Source of the DNA: Octopus vulgaris
Taxonomy: Eukaryota
Direction of reading: 5' to 3'
DNA: 64,000 bases
Assembly: GCA_951406725.2 (NCBI GenBank)
Contig: OX597819.1
Coordinates: 29,822,001-29,886,000, forward strand
Every line of letters begins with the position of its first letter. Position 1 is the first letter of the stretch. The translations under genes and the position numbers were made by a program. Shown piece by piece: positions 25,860 through 40,276 of the stretch. Below the pieces are notes generated by a model that saw only the letters and a list, made by a program, of their open reading frames with translations, was not told the origin of the DNA and did not search any database.

Positions 25860-26170
25860 GAATGGTAAGAAACACGGGTAAACATGAATGGTAGAAACAC
25901 ATAAGCACGAAGGGTAGAAACACACTTTTGTAACGTAGAATGGTAGATACACACGCAAGCAAGAATGGTAGAAATACACTTTCGTAAAGACGAACGGTAG
26001 AAATAAACTTACATAGACAAGAATGGTAGAAACACACACACAAGCAAGTATCGTAGGAATACGTATAAAGAAGAACAGCAGAAAACGCACCTAAACAATA
26101 ATGGTAGAAATTCACTAAAATAAGCAGGAATTGCAGAAACACACTTATATAATGAAGAATAGAAGGAACG
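25860..26170. repeat. Degenerate ~24-30-bp minisatellite (core GAATGGTAGAAACACAC)
   Basis: About 11-12 recurrences of the core with variable linkers. Confidence 0.8.
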
Positions 26171-26684
26171 CAGTTAAACAACATTTAACGAATTTTATAA
26201 AATAATTTTGTCACAGCTGCTTTATGTGTTTTCTATATTTAGACCAACATTTTTCAGTGTAATAATTGAAGCTCTTCTTCAGAACAGGTTTCTTTTTTGT
26301 TAAATAATGTTACATTTTGCAAATAATTTCAGGCATTTAAAAGCAGGAGAATATTTAATATTTTAAATAGGCTTCATACACTTACATACACGTGCATACA
26401 CACACGTACACATATATATTGACATACATACATTCGCATATAAACACGTATGCACTTGTACCAAACACGCACAATGATCTTTATCAAACATATAGTGCAC
26501 TTTTATGCGTATATTATTACGCGTATACTGTTATAAGGATGCAAACTATGGATTTCTACATACACAGCATTGATTTATGCGCTTATGACATTATATAAAA
26601 CATAGCATAAGTATAAGAAATATATTAAAATACATTCACACACACACACACACACACATATTTGTACGTTTATATGTGTGTATG

Positions 26685-26729
<45 letters not shown>

Positions 26730-26954
26730 GTTGGCCCTCGGAGTGGGAGGCCCTCTGTTGTTGTCACATCTCTCTAGGAGAGCGACACTCTGAGAGAAAG
26801 CTTGCGGCACTGACAGTATTCGGTGATGCAGACTAGCACTTCTTTTTGAGATTATGTTGGCCATGTTCAGATAGTGTGATTGGTTTTGTGCAAATTCTTT
26901 CCCCACTGTAAAAAAAAAAAAATCATCATGCACAGGTATCGATTGAAAAAGAAG

Positions 26955-27067
26955 TAAAGCCAAGAGAGAAAGCTGTTTTATAAACACATTCTACCAGTAT
27001 ACGAAGTTTAAAATTTTAGTTACCTAGAAATTATGTTAAAAAATTGCCGTTCAAACCGAAAAGATCC
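26955..27067. mobile_element. Truncated MITE end
   Basis: One TIR (..GCCGTTCAAACCGAAAAGATCC) plus ~85 bp of subterminal sequence matching the full copies. Confidence 0.85.
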
Positions 27068-27578
27068 CAAGAGGGTAACTACAATAGCCGTCACTCACGA
27101 GTGAGTATAACTTGGTAATAAGGATCATTCCCTTTCAATTGCATTATACGCCTATGTAGTCACAAATAGACATAGGAAACTTAACTATCCTCCTACCCAT
27201 GATCCAACGGTATATCGAGTATGTGACAACTGGAAGGAGAGCGGGTACTATTAGCACTTGACAGGTACTCATTCTCAGTTGAGTAAACTGGAGCAATTTG
27301 AAATGAAATACCTTTGTAACGCATCATGCCCCAACCAACTGGGAATTGTACTTACGACCTTATGATATTGAGTAAAGCATCCCTAAACAATAGGGCCACG
27401 CGCCTTCCTGTAAGCAAAACATGCATATGAAAGAAGGAAGAAAAGCTGACTTGAAGAGAAAATCTACACTATACTGCATACTAACCATGACCAACACTAC
27501 AAACAAACAAAACAACAATGTTCATCGACACAAGGTCGTAGAATGAATGAAATCTACTAACACTATTAACAACTTGTA

Positions 27579-27833
27579 TGTGGAGGCGCGTGGCTTAATG
27601 GTTACGGTGTCAGCATCATGATCGTAAGATTGTGGTTTCGATTCCTGAACCGGGCGACGTGTTGTGTTCTTGAGCAAAACACTTCATTTCACGTTGCTCC
27701 AGTCCACTCAGCTAGCAAAAATGAGTAACGCTGCGATGGACTGGCGTCCCGTCCAGCAGGGAAACACATACACCATTGAAACCGGGCCCAAGAGCCTGGC
27801 TAGGCTTTAAAAGGGCGCATTTATTTTTTTATT
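27579..27833 (+). mobile_element. Full family-A SINE with 15-bp TSD
   Basis: TGGAGGCGCGTGGCTTAATGGTTA head; TSD TATTAACAACTTGTA at 27564 and 27834. Confidence 0.9.
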
Positions 27834-28247
27834 TATTAACAACTTGTAATATGTACCTAAGAAGCGATGTGTTCCAACAAGATTAAGCGAGTAACAAAAT
27901 GACTGACCCTCAGAACAAGACGGAAACTATAAAAGACTGCTTGCCAAAATAATAATTCCTAGACGTGTTTCAGGCTCACTACGCTATGCCTAACACACAA
28001 AGCACGTAAAAAGAAATGTACAGGAACTAGTGTAGATAAAGACAAATTCAAAAGTCATTTGTAATTGTTTCTAACATAAACATTTTTTGTGACAAATTTT
28101 GTAGGAGAGGAATAGTTGATAATACTTAATCTATTATTTCCTAAAGGATAAAAAGTAAAGCTAATTTTGCGAAATTTGATCTCAGGTCGTAAAATAAAAG
28201 AACGAAACAAACACTACAAAGCAACTTTTCAGACCATCAAATATTTT

Positions 28248-28679
28248 GGATCTTTTCGGTTTGAACGGCAATTTTTAACATAATTTCTAGGTAATTAAAA
28301 AATTTTAAACTTCGTATACTGGTAGAATGTGTTTATAAAACATCTTTTTCTCTTGGCTTTATTGAGAAAATTCTATAGTTTGTAAGATATTTGTTGTTTT
28401 TTTTCTTCAATTTCTGCAATTTCAACCAATCACTGACGTCCATTGAGTTAAAAAACATTCTGTGCCGTATGAATATGTCCCACGTTTAAGAAACAGATTG
28501 GGTTTATTTACATTTGTGAAGAAAAAAAGATACCCTTCCCCCACCGCTAACCTTAACCTTAACTAACCCCAACCGTAAAAGAGATTGAAATGCAAATAGA
28601 TCGATACTAGGGTCATAATTATGGTTTACAATTTCATATGACACCGCTAGAAAAACTACCGTGCAAACCGAAAAGATCC
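28248..28679. mobile_element. MITE copy 3 (opposite orientation to copies 1-2)
   Basis: Same TIR; TSD AATATTTT. Confidence 0.92.
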
Positions 28680-28859
28680 AATATTTTTGTTAAATGCACT
28701 TCTTTGAGGAAACGTGTTATAAAAATTTTTTTTTAAATCGAGAAAAAGGAAAGGAACAACGTGGTGAAGCGTTGAATACAAAATGAAATATTAAATCAAA
28801 TTGAGACTCCAAAGAATAATAAGGTTAAAAATACGAGCAACTGCTCCTTAGTCACAAGT

Positions 28860-29212
28860 ATGGCTTTGTTCTTAAGAAGTTCGTTTCACAACCACGTGGT
28901 TTCGGATTCTATACCACCGCGCTGTATCTTGGGTAAATCTTGTGAACTATAATTCTGGCCAGTCAATGTTTTTCGAGTGAATTTGCTTGACGGAAAGTAT
29001 GTGGAAGACTTTCGTATATGTGTGTACGTGTCTCTGTTTTAGTCCCCGACCACTTAACAACCGGTGTTGGTGTACTTACATCTCCTTAATTTGGCGGTTC
29101 AGCAAAACAAGTCGACAGATTAATACCAGACCTAATAGAAAATGACTGGGGTCGATTAGATCGAAATAAAGCCTTCTAGGCTGTTCCTACCATTGATGGG
29201 AACAAGTAAAAG
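28860..29212 (+). mobile_element. Degenerate family-B SINE
   Basis: CAACCACGTGGTTTCGG, GAGTGAATTTG, CAACCGGTGTTGGTGT, GGGGTCGATT. Confidence 0.55.
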
Positions 29213-30001
29213 AATACAAAGGGGTCAATTAAAAAAGACCAGACAAAGGAAGGCGCATCAGCATGAAAGTTTAAAACAGCTCAAGGTTTTTTTAAGAAAG
29301 AAAAATATGAGGTTTGATTTTGGCTGCGCAAGATCGATGTTTAATCACAAAACCCTTCCTGAAATGTAATAAGAGAACAACAACTGTAACCTAAAGGAGC
29401 CAACGAGGGAGCTTTTATGATATCTCCCGATATGCTAAAACCAACTGCCAAATATACATCAAATCACACATATCTACACACTACCCAAATGCATACAAAT
29501 CAAAATTCAAGAAGTGAAAGCTTGTCCAACATAATTGAAAATAATGCATCAAAAATTGGAGAGTTAAAGCTGTTTGAAGATATGAACATAAAGAAGCGTA
29601 GCAGGGCTTACAATTCTAAACACGGCCCAGAAAATAACTCTGCTTGACACAACCCACACACTATAAATTCAACAGTGCATGCTCTGTACAGATCATTCAA
29701 CACTCACCCTTTGCAACCAATGTCCAATAAATTATAAAATAATACATTTATACAATACATACTTTACACAGTTATCTTTCAATATTATAACACAACGCAT
29801 ACAAAACGTACTCTATGCAATCACAACTCACAATAAATAAACCCTATTGAATCACAATGCACACAGTAATGCTCTACACGACCTCTTCCCACACAACATA
29901 TGCCCTACATAATCACAGCCATTCAGAACATAGTCTACACACTCAAGCCCACATTACACAGACTCTACAGAATCATTACGTATACAGCATATACTTTACA
30001 C

Positions 30002-31623
30002 CAGTGGTTACCAAACTTTTTCGAACTACCGCCCCCTTGGCTCCCAGGCCACACTCCTAGTGCCCCCATTTTTATAGAAAAAATTTGGAAAATCTATCAT
30101 GCATAAATCGGTATCTCTCCATCTTTTTTTGTTTTTTCAACCTTGAATGAAGAGGGGAAAGTCACAATTTTTTCTGTAAAAATGCATATATTGTGAAACA
30201 CGCTTAGCAACCAAATTTAGTTCACAGTTAGATGAATCCCCTTTGCCAAGCAATACAGGTTTGTTTCTTGCACATGTTTGCTTCGTCAGTGATTAATGTT
30301 TGGCTCAAAAGCTTATTATTTGTAAGACAACTAGAAACAGTCACAAATATGTAGTTAGTATTTCGCTTTTGAGCTGTAGAGAGAAGACCATCGGTGTCGG
30401 TTGTCATCGCTGCTTCAGTTTATTGAAAATGCTATACCTAGCGTAATTGCACATGTTGCAAATAACCTAAGTGGTAGACTTAACAAATAGTTGTGCACAG
30501 CAATAAATGAAATCAAGGCGCATACCCTCAGTTTCTCACTGTTTTAACAGCTCTGCATTGAGAACGATAAAGATTTTGAACTATTGTTGCATACAGAAGT
30601 TCGGTGGACAGTAATGGGAAACTGCCTGAATGTTTCTATTCCCCTTTTTAAAAAGTTGTTGAATTCTTGCAAGAGTTTAGTACTTTCTTTGTGATGAAGT
30701 AAGAAACATCAAGCAGGACTCATAAAACTCAATGAAATTAATTTGCAGTCGCAAATAAATGAAGTTAAACCTTATCAAGGTAAAATCAACCCTCTCCACA
30801 TTTCTCTCCAAGTTAAAGTTATTCAAATGAAATTGGGGAAGGAAAAGTGTATACGAGAAGATGACATTCATATTGCTCACACCTGGGAGAGCTGTCCAGA
30901 GACGTGTCTCATAGACTTTAGGATGTTTATTTGTGTTTAAAATACCGGTCTGGGTAATTCCGAGATATCAGTAATGAGAAAACAAAAATAGTGGTGGAAG
31001 ATTTTGTTCCACTTTAAAATGATATTGGGCTGAGGCCAAAGTTCAAAAAGTCATATCAGGAATTTTGATTGCAAAAGGACATTTCTGACTGCTAACATGC
31101 TCTATAGAACAAAGTCGAGATGTACTTTATTGCCTTCTCAACGTCATATATACAGTAGAGCTCTCAACATCTATTCAAGTCAAGTAAAATAAACGCGGGG
31201 ATCGAAGGCTTCTGCTTCGTGTCTTTCAGCTTGATGTTGGGAAGCTGATATCCCAGCGCAAAGTACATCCATCGCAGTAAAAATATGAAAACAACGTAGT
31301 TACAGGTAAGATGTAAATTTGCTCTGTCATATTGTGAAAACAGCAAAATAATGGGTTGACTAGGTTAATTTTTATTTGTGAAATACATTTGTTTTGAATT
31401 TTGCAGTAGAAAGAGAGCTACGTTTACGATGATGTTAAGCGTGTTTCACAATATATCCTAAATGTTATAACATTCCACATTTCGAAAGATAAATACATAC
31501 AATACGCATTTTAACAGAAAAAATTGTGGCTTTCCCCTCTTCATTCAAGGTTAAAAAAACAAAAGAAGATGGAGAAATTTTGATTTATGCATGATAGATT
31601 TTCCAAATTTTTTCTATAAAAAT
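30002..31623. mobile_element. hAT remnant: terminal motif, Buster transposase fragment, and ~140-bp inverted repeats
   Basis: CAGTGGTTACCAAACTTT at 30002; + strand QLCIENDKDFELLLHTEVRW..GNCL near 30550-30630; inverted repeats at 30068-30209 and ~31433-31623. Confidence 0.65.
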
Positions 31624-32610
31624 ATAAATTATAAGTATTTCAAAATATGAACTACATTAATGACGAAAAGTAAAAAAAAAAAAGCAAAAGAGAAAAGAAA
31701 AATTATAGTGGTTTTGTGTTCCAAAGGTGCAATGAAGGGGTGGGTAGATGTTTGAAAAATGTGGATTATAAAGTTTTATTATTAAAAAAGCCCGCTCATG
31801 TGTATTATAAAATGTGGAAAAATGCCGAAAAAAAATCCGAGAAATTCCGATTCACGTAAGACAGCTATTCTGAAAGTCCAATAAATATATAATTAAATGC
31901 CTTTAAAAAAAATAAATCGTAATGATAGAGTTTCTAAAATATGAATTAGAAAAAAATGTGGAAAACAGCGAAAATCAGAAAAATCGAGCTGGCATAATGA
32001 TGAGCTTCAATTGGAACTTCACTGCGGTAACGTTGTGTACTTCCTTCGATACTCAATTAATTTTAAAAAAGAAAAAAATTATATACTAATTTATTTTTAT
32101 AATAACTATTATTAAAATCAATAAATGAGTCTATTGGGCTAGACCTATATTTAAAGCAAATATTCGAAGACAATTTCTGAAGTTTGTCTGATACTGAAAA
32201 TTCACAAAATTTACAAAATCTTTGTAAACCACTGTTTACTTAGAACAAAAGTCAAAATACCAATTATGGAATTTATGAAGAATCTTTTACCTTTACTTTC
32301 AAAATACAAACTCCAGACAACAGTTGTTCTAAATTGAAGTTAGAATTGTAAATGATTTGTTTAGTGGAAGCAATAGCTTTTTTTTCTTTCTCTCTCTCTC
32401 TCTTTCCCTCTCACTCTCTCTTCATATATATATATATATATATACAATTGCACACACATGTATGTCAATACGTACACACGTGTGTGTATACAATATCCGT
32501 AGATACTTAGATACACACACATCTATATGGGTAGACAGTTGGATAAACAGATGAATACATATATATATATATAAGACAAAAAGGTACGTGCGTCGCTATA
32601 TATATATGTA

Positions 32611-32706
32611 AAAAATACAAACTGGGACAAGAACGCAAGACATTTAGAAGACGTTTTTTGTATCGTCTTCTAAATGTTTTGCGTTCTTGTCCCAGTTTGT
32701 ATTTTT
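32611..32706. repeat. 43-bp-arm hairpin embedded in TA/CA microsatellite
   Basis: AAAAATACAAACTGGGACAAGAACGCAAGACATTTAGAAGACG, 10-nt loop, reverse complement with 1 mismatch. Confidence 0.9.
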
Positions 32707-32709
32707 ACA

Positions 32710-32781
<72 letters not shown>

Positions 32782-33157
32782 TGTGTTTGCTTCCAAATAT
32801 ATGTCTATACATACATATTATATACACGTGATTACATATATGTAATCATATGTATATGTATATGAATGCATATATGTGCTTTTATGTATATATACAAACA
32901 TACACACACATGTATCTATATATATATACGTATATATAAGTATTCATATATGCGTATATGTAAATAGATATATATGGTTATACGTATATATATATATGTA
33001 TGCAGATTTATAGGTTTATATATATATACGTGCATACACACGTATTTGGCATTGGTATCAAAGAAGGTAGTCATTGGTACCCATAGCAGATCCTCAGTGA
33101 ATACTTATTGAAGACTGCTGTCTGATACAATATTAAAATAAGAAGAATCACATCCTC

Positions 33158-33189
<32 letters not shown>

Positions 33190-33272
33190 TATACAGTATG
33201 TGTGTGTATATATATATATGTGTGTGTGTGTGTGTATGTGTGTATATGTGCGTGTGTGTTTGTGTTTGTGTT

Positions 33273-33312
<40 letters not shown>

Positions 33313-33680
33313 TGTAATTACACCCCGTCGGTTACGACGATGAGAGTCCTAGTTGATTCGATCTACGGAACAGCATGATCGTGATATTAACGTGCAAATG
33401 ACTGAGCACTCCACAGACACGCATATCCTTAATGCAGTTGTCAGACAGATTCAGCGTGACTGTTACTTTTATTATTGTTACTGATGCTGCTTTTGTTCAG
33501 TAATGTATCTTTGTAGAGAATTCCCTTAGGAATTTTATTTCCAGCTTCTTCGGTAAAAGTTTTAGATCTTTTATTTATTTTTTGTTCGTTGTTCTTGTTT
33601 TAAGAAGAAAACCAACTTCAAGCAACTTTTCACACATCTGTTTAACAATATTATTTACTAAACTTGAAAAAAGGTAAGCA

Positions 33681-33842
33681 GGCGCAGGAGTGGCTGTGTG
33701 GTAAGTAGCTTGCTTACTAACCACATGGTTCTGGGTTCAGTCCCACTGCGTAGCACCTTGGGTAATTGTCTTCTACTATAGCCTCGGGCCTACCAAAGCC
33801 TTGTGAGTGGATTTGGTAGACGGAAACTGAAAGAAGCCCGAC

Positions 33843-33896
<54 letters not shown>

Positions 33897-34120
33897 TTGA
33901 GCGTGTGTGTGTGTGTTTGTGTGTCTGTGTTTGTCCCCCCAATATCGCTTGACAACCGATGCTGGTGTGCTTGTGCCCACCGTAACTTAGAGGTTCGGAA
34001 AAAGAGACCGATAGATAAGTACTAGGCTTACAAAGAATAAGTCCTGGAGTCGATTTGCTCGACTAAAAGTGGTGCTCCACCATGGCCGCAGGGCACATGA
34101 CTGAAACAAGTAAAAGAGTA
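33681..34120 (+). mobile_element. Full family-B SINE with internal (TA)n(TG)n
   Basis: GGCGCAGGAGTGGCTGTGTGGTAAG head, GGGTTCAGTCCCAC, tail ACTGAAACAAGTAAAAGAGTAAAA. Confidence 0.85.
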
Positions 34121-36416
34121 AAAAAGAGGAAAGCGTAGGTGGGCATGCCCAACGAGCGTCTCTTTTCGCTACCCCCATTATGACCTAGTTCTTTTCATCG
34201 TCCCACTAGATCATTCCACAGTCGCAACCCACACGACATTACACAGTCACAGCCCATGAAATGCATATTCTCCACAACCCACATTACACTTGCTCTACAC
34301 AGTCAAAGCTAACACAACGCATACCTTACACACCATCTACGCTTACATTACCCTATGAATATTTTAGGCTATCGCTACCTAACAAAATAACGCAACAGTC
34401 TATAAAATCATAACCGACACTACAACACATAACACAACTCACATAATAACATAGTCTACAGAATTTGAAAAAGAACTCATTTAGATTGCACGCATTGTAA
34501 GCAACAAATGAACGAAGAGTTAAAAACAACACAAATTTCACAACAAAACACTGCACATGCAGCTTGCAAACAATTGTAAGCCCCCAAGCAATTATGTTGT
34601 ACACACCTCCAAAACAGAGGTGTACTGGGCAGCACAGATGAAACTTACATAAAACGGTTGAAAATAGAATTATTTTTAGCATAATATCTCACAAAATCTC
34701 AGATTTGAGGACGAGGAAGTTAGACGGTTAAATCGACCCAAATACTTCAGATGTCCTTTATTTTAACGAGGATGGGAAGGAATGAAAAGCAAAGTTTACG
34801 GCGCCTGGATTTGTACTGAGTACCTAAAGAACTGGAATAAATACTGCAAGATTTTGACCGACGTAATGATTCTACTAACCCCCAGTCTTATATTAGCACA
34901 GAGTCATAATGTTTTAGAAGTCGGGAGGGAACAGCCGATTATTTTTCGATCACAAGGACGAAAGACCAATTTGATCTCTGCCAGATCTAAATTCAGAACA
35001 TAAAGAAATGGAACAAATACTTCAAGGCATTTTGTCCAATGCTCTGAAGCCAATAAAAGGCAATATTGTTTTTTCGATCCTTGTTTTCTTCTTTCGATAA
35101 TCCAGTCCAATAAGAACATATAATTGTTACTGGCAGAAATTTTTCGATCTGAACAAGAAGGTTGATTGGTCGAACATACATCTGGAGATCTCTTTGTTGT
35201 AAAGAAATACTAATCATCGAACGATATTTCCAGATTCTTGCTGTATTTTAGATATATGTTGCTGTTTATTACACTGGTCTTAAATTACCAAAGATGTATA
35301 GTAACATCTCTATAAAATTCATTTCCGAAATATCTTAAACTATTTGGAATTTGTGCGTGACTGAATAATCATATGGAAGTGGTCAAATAATTCATTAGTC
35401 TCCACATCCAAAGTAACTGTGATAGATATTTCACCACATACCACTCACTACCTCCCATTACAGTTAACAGTCAGTGTTAATCTAATACAATGAATATCAT
35501 AGGACATATAGTGGCACTCAGGCCTACAATTGATCCAGATTAGATCTACGTATTGGAAAAGCTAATTCTCTAGAAGAAATAGAGCTTCTCAAACGAAGCT
35601 GCCTTTTATCAGAAATCCTTCTTGCAGAAAATCCCTTTAAATACATAATATATCTAATAACATACGTGTACTACAGGTGAAAGGACATTTCGAGTGTCTG
35701 GAGGGATTACTAGAAAGAAAGAAATCTAACTGAAATAAGTTTTCCTTCCACAGTCATTGACTATCAAATTTGTAGATTTGTTAGATATTTGTTGATACAA
35801 GGAACCGTGGTAAGACGTTAATAATATACTTGAATCAAATCCGGCCACGCATCATACAATTATTTTATGTAAGGATTTCTTGAGGAAGATATGTTTCCTT
35901 CAATGAAACTTGACTGGATAAGCAACAGCAGGAATGTTTATAAGACTTCTGATCAATAATATACATTGGTTGATTTTAAGCAAAGTCTATATAATTTAAA
36001 AGCTATGGATTTTAGGATAGCCTAAAAAACCGAATGCTAACTGTATATAATTAACCGTAACTATACTGTGCTTCACATTTTAATCCAAACTATATAATGG
36101 ACAGGTGTAAAATCATTTTCTTTATATATATATAATCATATATACAATTTCCAGGATTCGAGAGAACCAGATATTTAAATAGTGAAAGCACCAATGTAAG
36201 TGGACATTGCCAACCAGCGCCCTCTTTTGATAGCTCCATTATCTGACCGAACTTTGGTCGGTCGAGTCATCTGGAACTGTCCCTTTTCTTGAGAAGTTAT
36301 AATTGTTAATTCTTGTTTATATTCACCTGATGAATACAGTTTCTTTACACGATGTAAGGCTTCTGTTCATCATTAAAAAACACGTCTGAAACAGCTACAG
36401 TGCACCACGACGCATC

Positions 36417-36627
36417 TGTTGCTGAAAAGTTCTTGGCTTTAAAGTATCGCGAAAGGCCTGATTGGAGACCCAACCTTCTGAGTTCTCTTACAGGGCTTAC
36501 AAAGACTGATGGACCGCTGTAGTAAGCGTGTGAATCTGAGAGTAGAATATATAGAATAATATTATAATTAACTGAACCTTCCGTATTTTCTTTTACCCAA
36601 AACCAAGAATCTTTCAACAACCGCTTG
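36417..36627 (+). mobile_element. Short internally deleted mariner
   Basis: Imperfect TIRs TGCTGAAAAGTTCTTGGCTT / AACCAAGAATCTTTCAACA..TG|TA; encodes GLQRLMDRCSKRVNLRVEYIE* (mariner C-terminus-like). Confidence 0.6.
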
Positions 36628-37239
36628 TATATATATAAGTTTAACTTCACCTTTTTGATGCGACTCTCTACTCTATACTGTTTTCTTCCTCCATCCTTCT
36701 CTAATTCCTTTTTTCTTCCCTCCCTCCTTCACCATTTTCTATTGTCGCTCTCTCTTTTTCTTTTTCCTTCTCTCTCTCTCGTTGCTCACAAGTGGCCATC
36801 GTCCTTCTTTCTTTTCTTAACGTAACCATTTTTCTTTTCTTGCACGGACATTTAAAAGAACAGACGTGTTTTTCTCTATCTCTTGTATCTTTTCTCTTTT
36901 CAAAAAAAGTTTCTACCCCCGTTCACTATTTCGTTCTGTTCTAACGACCCTCCATGTTTGTTTTCATTCAGTTTCCTCGTATGTCTCCACTTTCATTTTC
37001 TGGTTCTCAACTTTGGCTCTCCACAAATCCTAAATTTTATTTTAGAATTTATGGGGGCAACTGTCTTTGAAGACTCATATTGTCGTTGAATGCTCGAAAT
37101 GAAGAGTAGATAGACAGCCAACAACTGACGAAGGGTCCTTTCTCTGTATTTGCTTGTCCTGTTTTCCATTTTTTCTTGTTGTTTAAGTATTTCATGTTAT
37201 TTGCACCGTTGGTAATGTCCTGTACCCATATATGCATGC

Positions 37240-37340
<101 letters not shown>

Positions 37341-38189
37341 TGTACCAATGAAAAGAAGAAGGAAAGGAAAATTCTTTAACACTTCTTTAATTACAAGTTA
37401 CAATTGTTTCCGTTCAATCTCGATTTGCAAGACTAGTTTACGCGAAAATTCTAAATGAAAAATCACGTAATATTTGCGGTTTTAGACATTAGAGAGGTAC
37501 TTTATCAGACTTGCATCAGAGGTGTGTTATTACACTGTGATGCCTTCGGACCTTGTAGTTAGGAAAATATCAGGGGGAAATAAAAAAAGAAAAGAATCAA
37601 AGTGTGGATGCGGGATGAGTGAGTGGGTTATATATTATGTGGGGAGAGGGAATCAAGAGGATCGATACGTATAAGAATAGGAAGGAGGGGGAGGAAAACG
37701 AGCAAAAAAAGACACAAGTGAAAGTGGAGGAGAAAAAGAAGGAAGAGAAGAAGAAAAGGAAGAGGAAGTAGAAGGGGCTAATCTCTCCTCCTCTTTCTCT
37801 TCTTCCTTTCATTCTTCTTCGTTCTTATTCTCCTTCTTCCTCTTCTCCTCCTTGTAATTACTGAATTGAAGACCCCTTTCGGATAGAAAAAGCCGAAGGA
37901 TACCCATGGCATGACAAGCGTTCCACCATTGATCTAAAGCAATCCTTCAAATTTCTTTGTCCATATTAGAAGCTGCCTGCGAGAACTTCATGTATTGACA
38001 TCATAAGAATTAATAAGCTTTCGAAAAAACATGGACTAAATCTTTCTTTGAAACAACAGAAAGAGAAATTCGAAAGATAGCTTTGGTCCATTAATAGAAT
38101 ACCTATCCTGTCTGCATATGCGAGATGGTAGAAACGTTAGCACGCCGGGCGAAATGCGTAGCAGTTTCCTCCGTCGGTGGCACAAAATC

Positions 38190-39390
38190 CACAGACGAGG
38201 TTTCAGGACATGCCGGCAGTGTACTGCTAAGCGCCGGCACTGTTCCATTCTTTTTCTTCTTTTTTCTCGTCTTTGATACGGGCGGGTGTAGTTCCTCTGC
38301 TTTAACCGGAGGATCATCTCTCCCTCTCGCAGATTTGGAGTCCTTCGGTGGGCAACACTTGTTGCCCACCTTCTTCCTTTTTTCCCTTTTTTTCGGGTAA
38401 GTCTCTACCTCCTCGATTGTTTCCATCACTCCCTCCGGAGGAGGAGGGGGAGCTCTTCCTCAACCAACTGTTCCAGGACCCTACTCTGGTCCTGGGGATA
38501 GTTCTTTTTAATGTGACCTGGTTCCAGGCATAGGTGACACTTGGTGAGGCGTCCTTCAAATATCCGTGGGTACCTGCAACCGGCCATTTTCAAAAAGTCT
38601 GGAAAGGCCAGATTCTTGGCTGATTGGGTCCACAGGGTCAAAACTGCTTTTGACCCAACCCAATCAGCCGCCGACAAACTTTTAACATCAAGCAGCTTGC
38701 ATTCGCTGCCACCCAGACCTCAGCGGATAGTGTCTTCTATCCAGGCTGGCAACCCGCAGACCCAAGCTCTTGTCAACTTCTTCCTACAATACGTGGTAAG
38801 AAACGAAAATCTCTTTGCCCTCTAATTTGCGAGTCTCCTCAGGAGTGTCAAATAGTAATCACACCGTTGCATACGTGACCCCCACTGCAGATGAATTTTA
38901 TAGTTGACAAATACTCTGCGATCTCTTTTTCAATTTGTATCTTTTTAAAGAGGGTGATGGTATTGAGTAACTTTGAATAAGTCCTTAACACCACCGTCCT
39001 CTCTTCAAAGTCTTTTATCCACTGCTTGGATGGGACAATCTCTCACTCCAACGCAGGATTGTTCATCTTTTTTGGCAAGCTTTTTGGGAAAAGTTTTACA
39101 GAAAAACAAAAGTTCAAAGAGTTAAAAAAAAAAAGTACAGGAAGGAAGGAAGAAGACAAGAAAAAGTTCAAAACACAGCAAACTATTCTTCTGGCTGTCC
39201 TGGTACTTCTGGCGACCTCAGAAATCCACTTGGTAATCCAGGGCACAAACAGTCACACAACAATTTCACCCAAAAATGGGTAAAAACAAAGCTTAATGTT
39301 CTCAATTATAGGAGGAGGGATACACCCCCAAAACACACTTCTTACTGCTAAGTGAGACTTCTAAGTACAACTACAGGCAGACAATTTGTC
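38190..39390 (-). mobile_element. L1/Tx1-like LINE 5' region: degenerate ORF1 (gag-like)
   Basis: FEERTVVLRTY, VCGLPAWI (RRM-like), IFEGRLTKCHLCLEPGHIKKNYP (CCHC knuckle, last C>Y), followed by E/K-rich tail; stops and frameshifts. Confidence 0.7.
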
Positions 39391-40074
39391 CGGAACTCAG
39401 TGGAGACTTCTTTTTAAACACGAGCAACAAACCTTCACTGAATCCCAAATGTCTTACCTTGTAATTGTGCTTCATTTGTTCAATAATTCATGACGTTGGT
39501 GTACAAAAAAAAAAAACACTGACCAACGCATGCGCGGGGAAGCAAGCTTCTTACCACGCAGCCACATCCGTGCCTATAAAAAGCTTGTGCTGACCCGAGT
39601 CAATGGAAAAAGACATTAGTCAAAAATACCACACAGTAGGATTGAACCATGACCTGTTGATTGCGAAGCGAACCTCTTAATTCAGCCATGTTGTAATATT
39701 CTGAATCGAAAGCAGATTATCCGTGTCTTAAGTACATAACAACTCCCTCAACGAGTGCCTAAAATCTAAAAGCAATAAGCAAGTTAGTTCACTGCTCTAA
39801 AATCAACTTTATTTTTAAGAAAAAAAAAAAGAATTTTTTTCACGCATTGAAATTTTTTTCCACTAATTTCAACTGATTGAAATTTCTGGAAAATAAAGTC
39901 AATGCTAAAAGGAGTGGCTTTTGGCTCTTGTCTTAAAGCGAAATTTAACTTGATTCTAACAATTACTAAATAATTAATTATAATGAAAACTTAATCCCTA
40001 ATCCTAAGCTAATCATAGCAGTTGGTCTATGACTAAGAAGTAAATGTGTCAGAGAGGCAGAACGATTGCATACG

Positions 40075-40229
40075 AAAGAGAGACTGGGAAAGAAAGAGAG
40101 AGAGTGTGTGAGAGGGAAATGTATGGTGTGTATGAGAATGAGAGAGAGAGAGAGAGAGAGTGTGTGTGTGTGTGTGCGAGAGTATGTTTATGTGAGAGTT
40201 GCGAGAGAGAGTGTGTGAGTGAGAGTGTA

Positions 40230-40276
<47 letters not shown>

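Noticed and set aside
25860-26170. CRISPR array
   Set aside because: Eukaryotic context, no cas genes, spacers too short and related to each other, repeats degenerate.
35250-36100. Non-repetitive stretch that might be a decayed TE ORF or exon
   Set aside because: I could not identify any protein motif in it.
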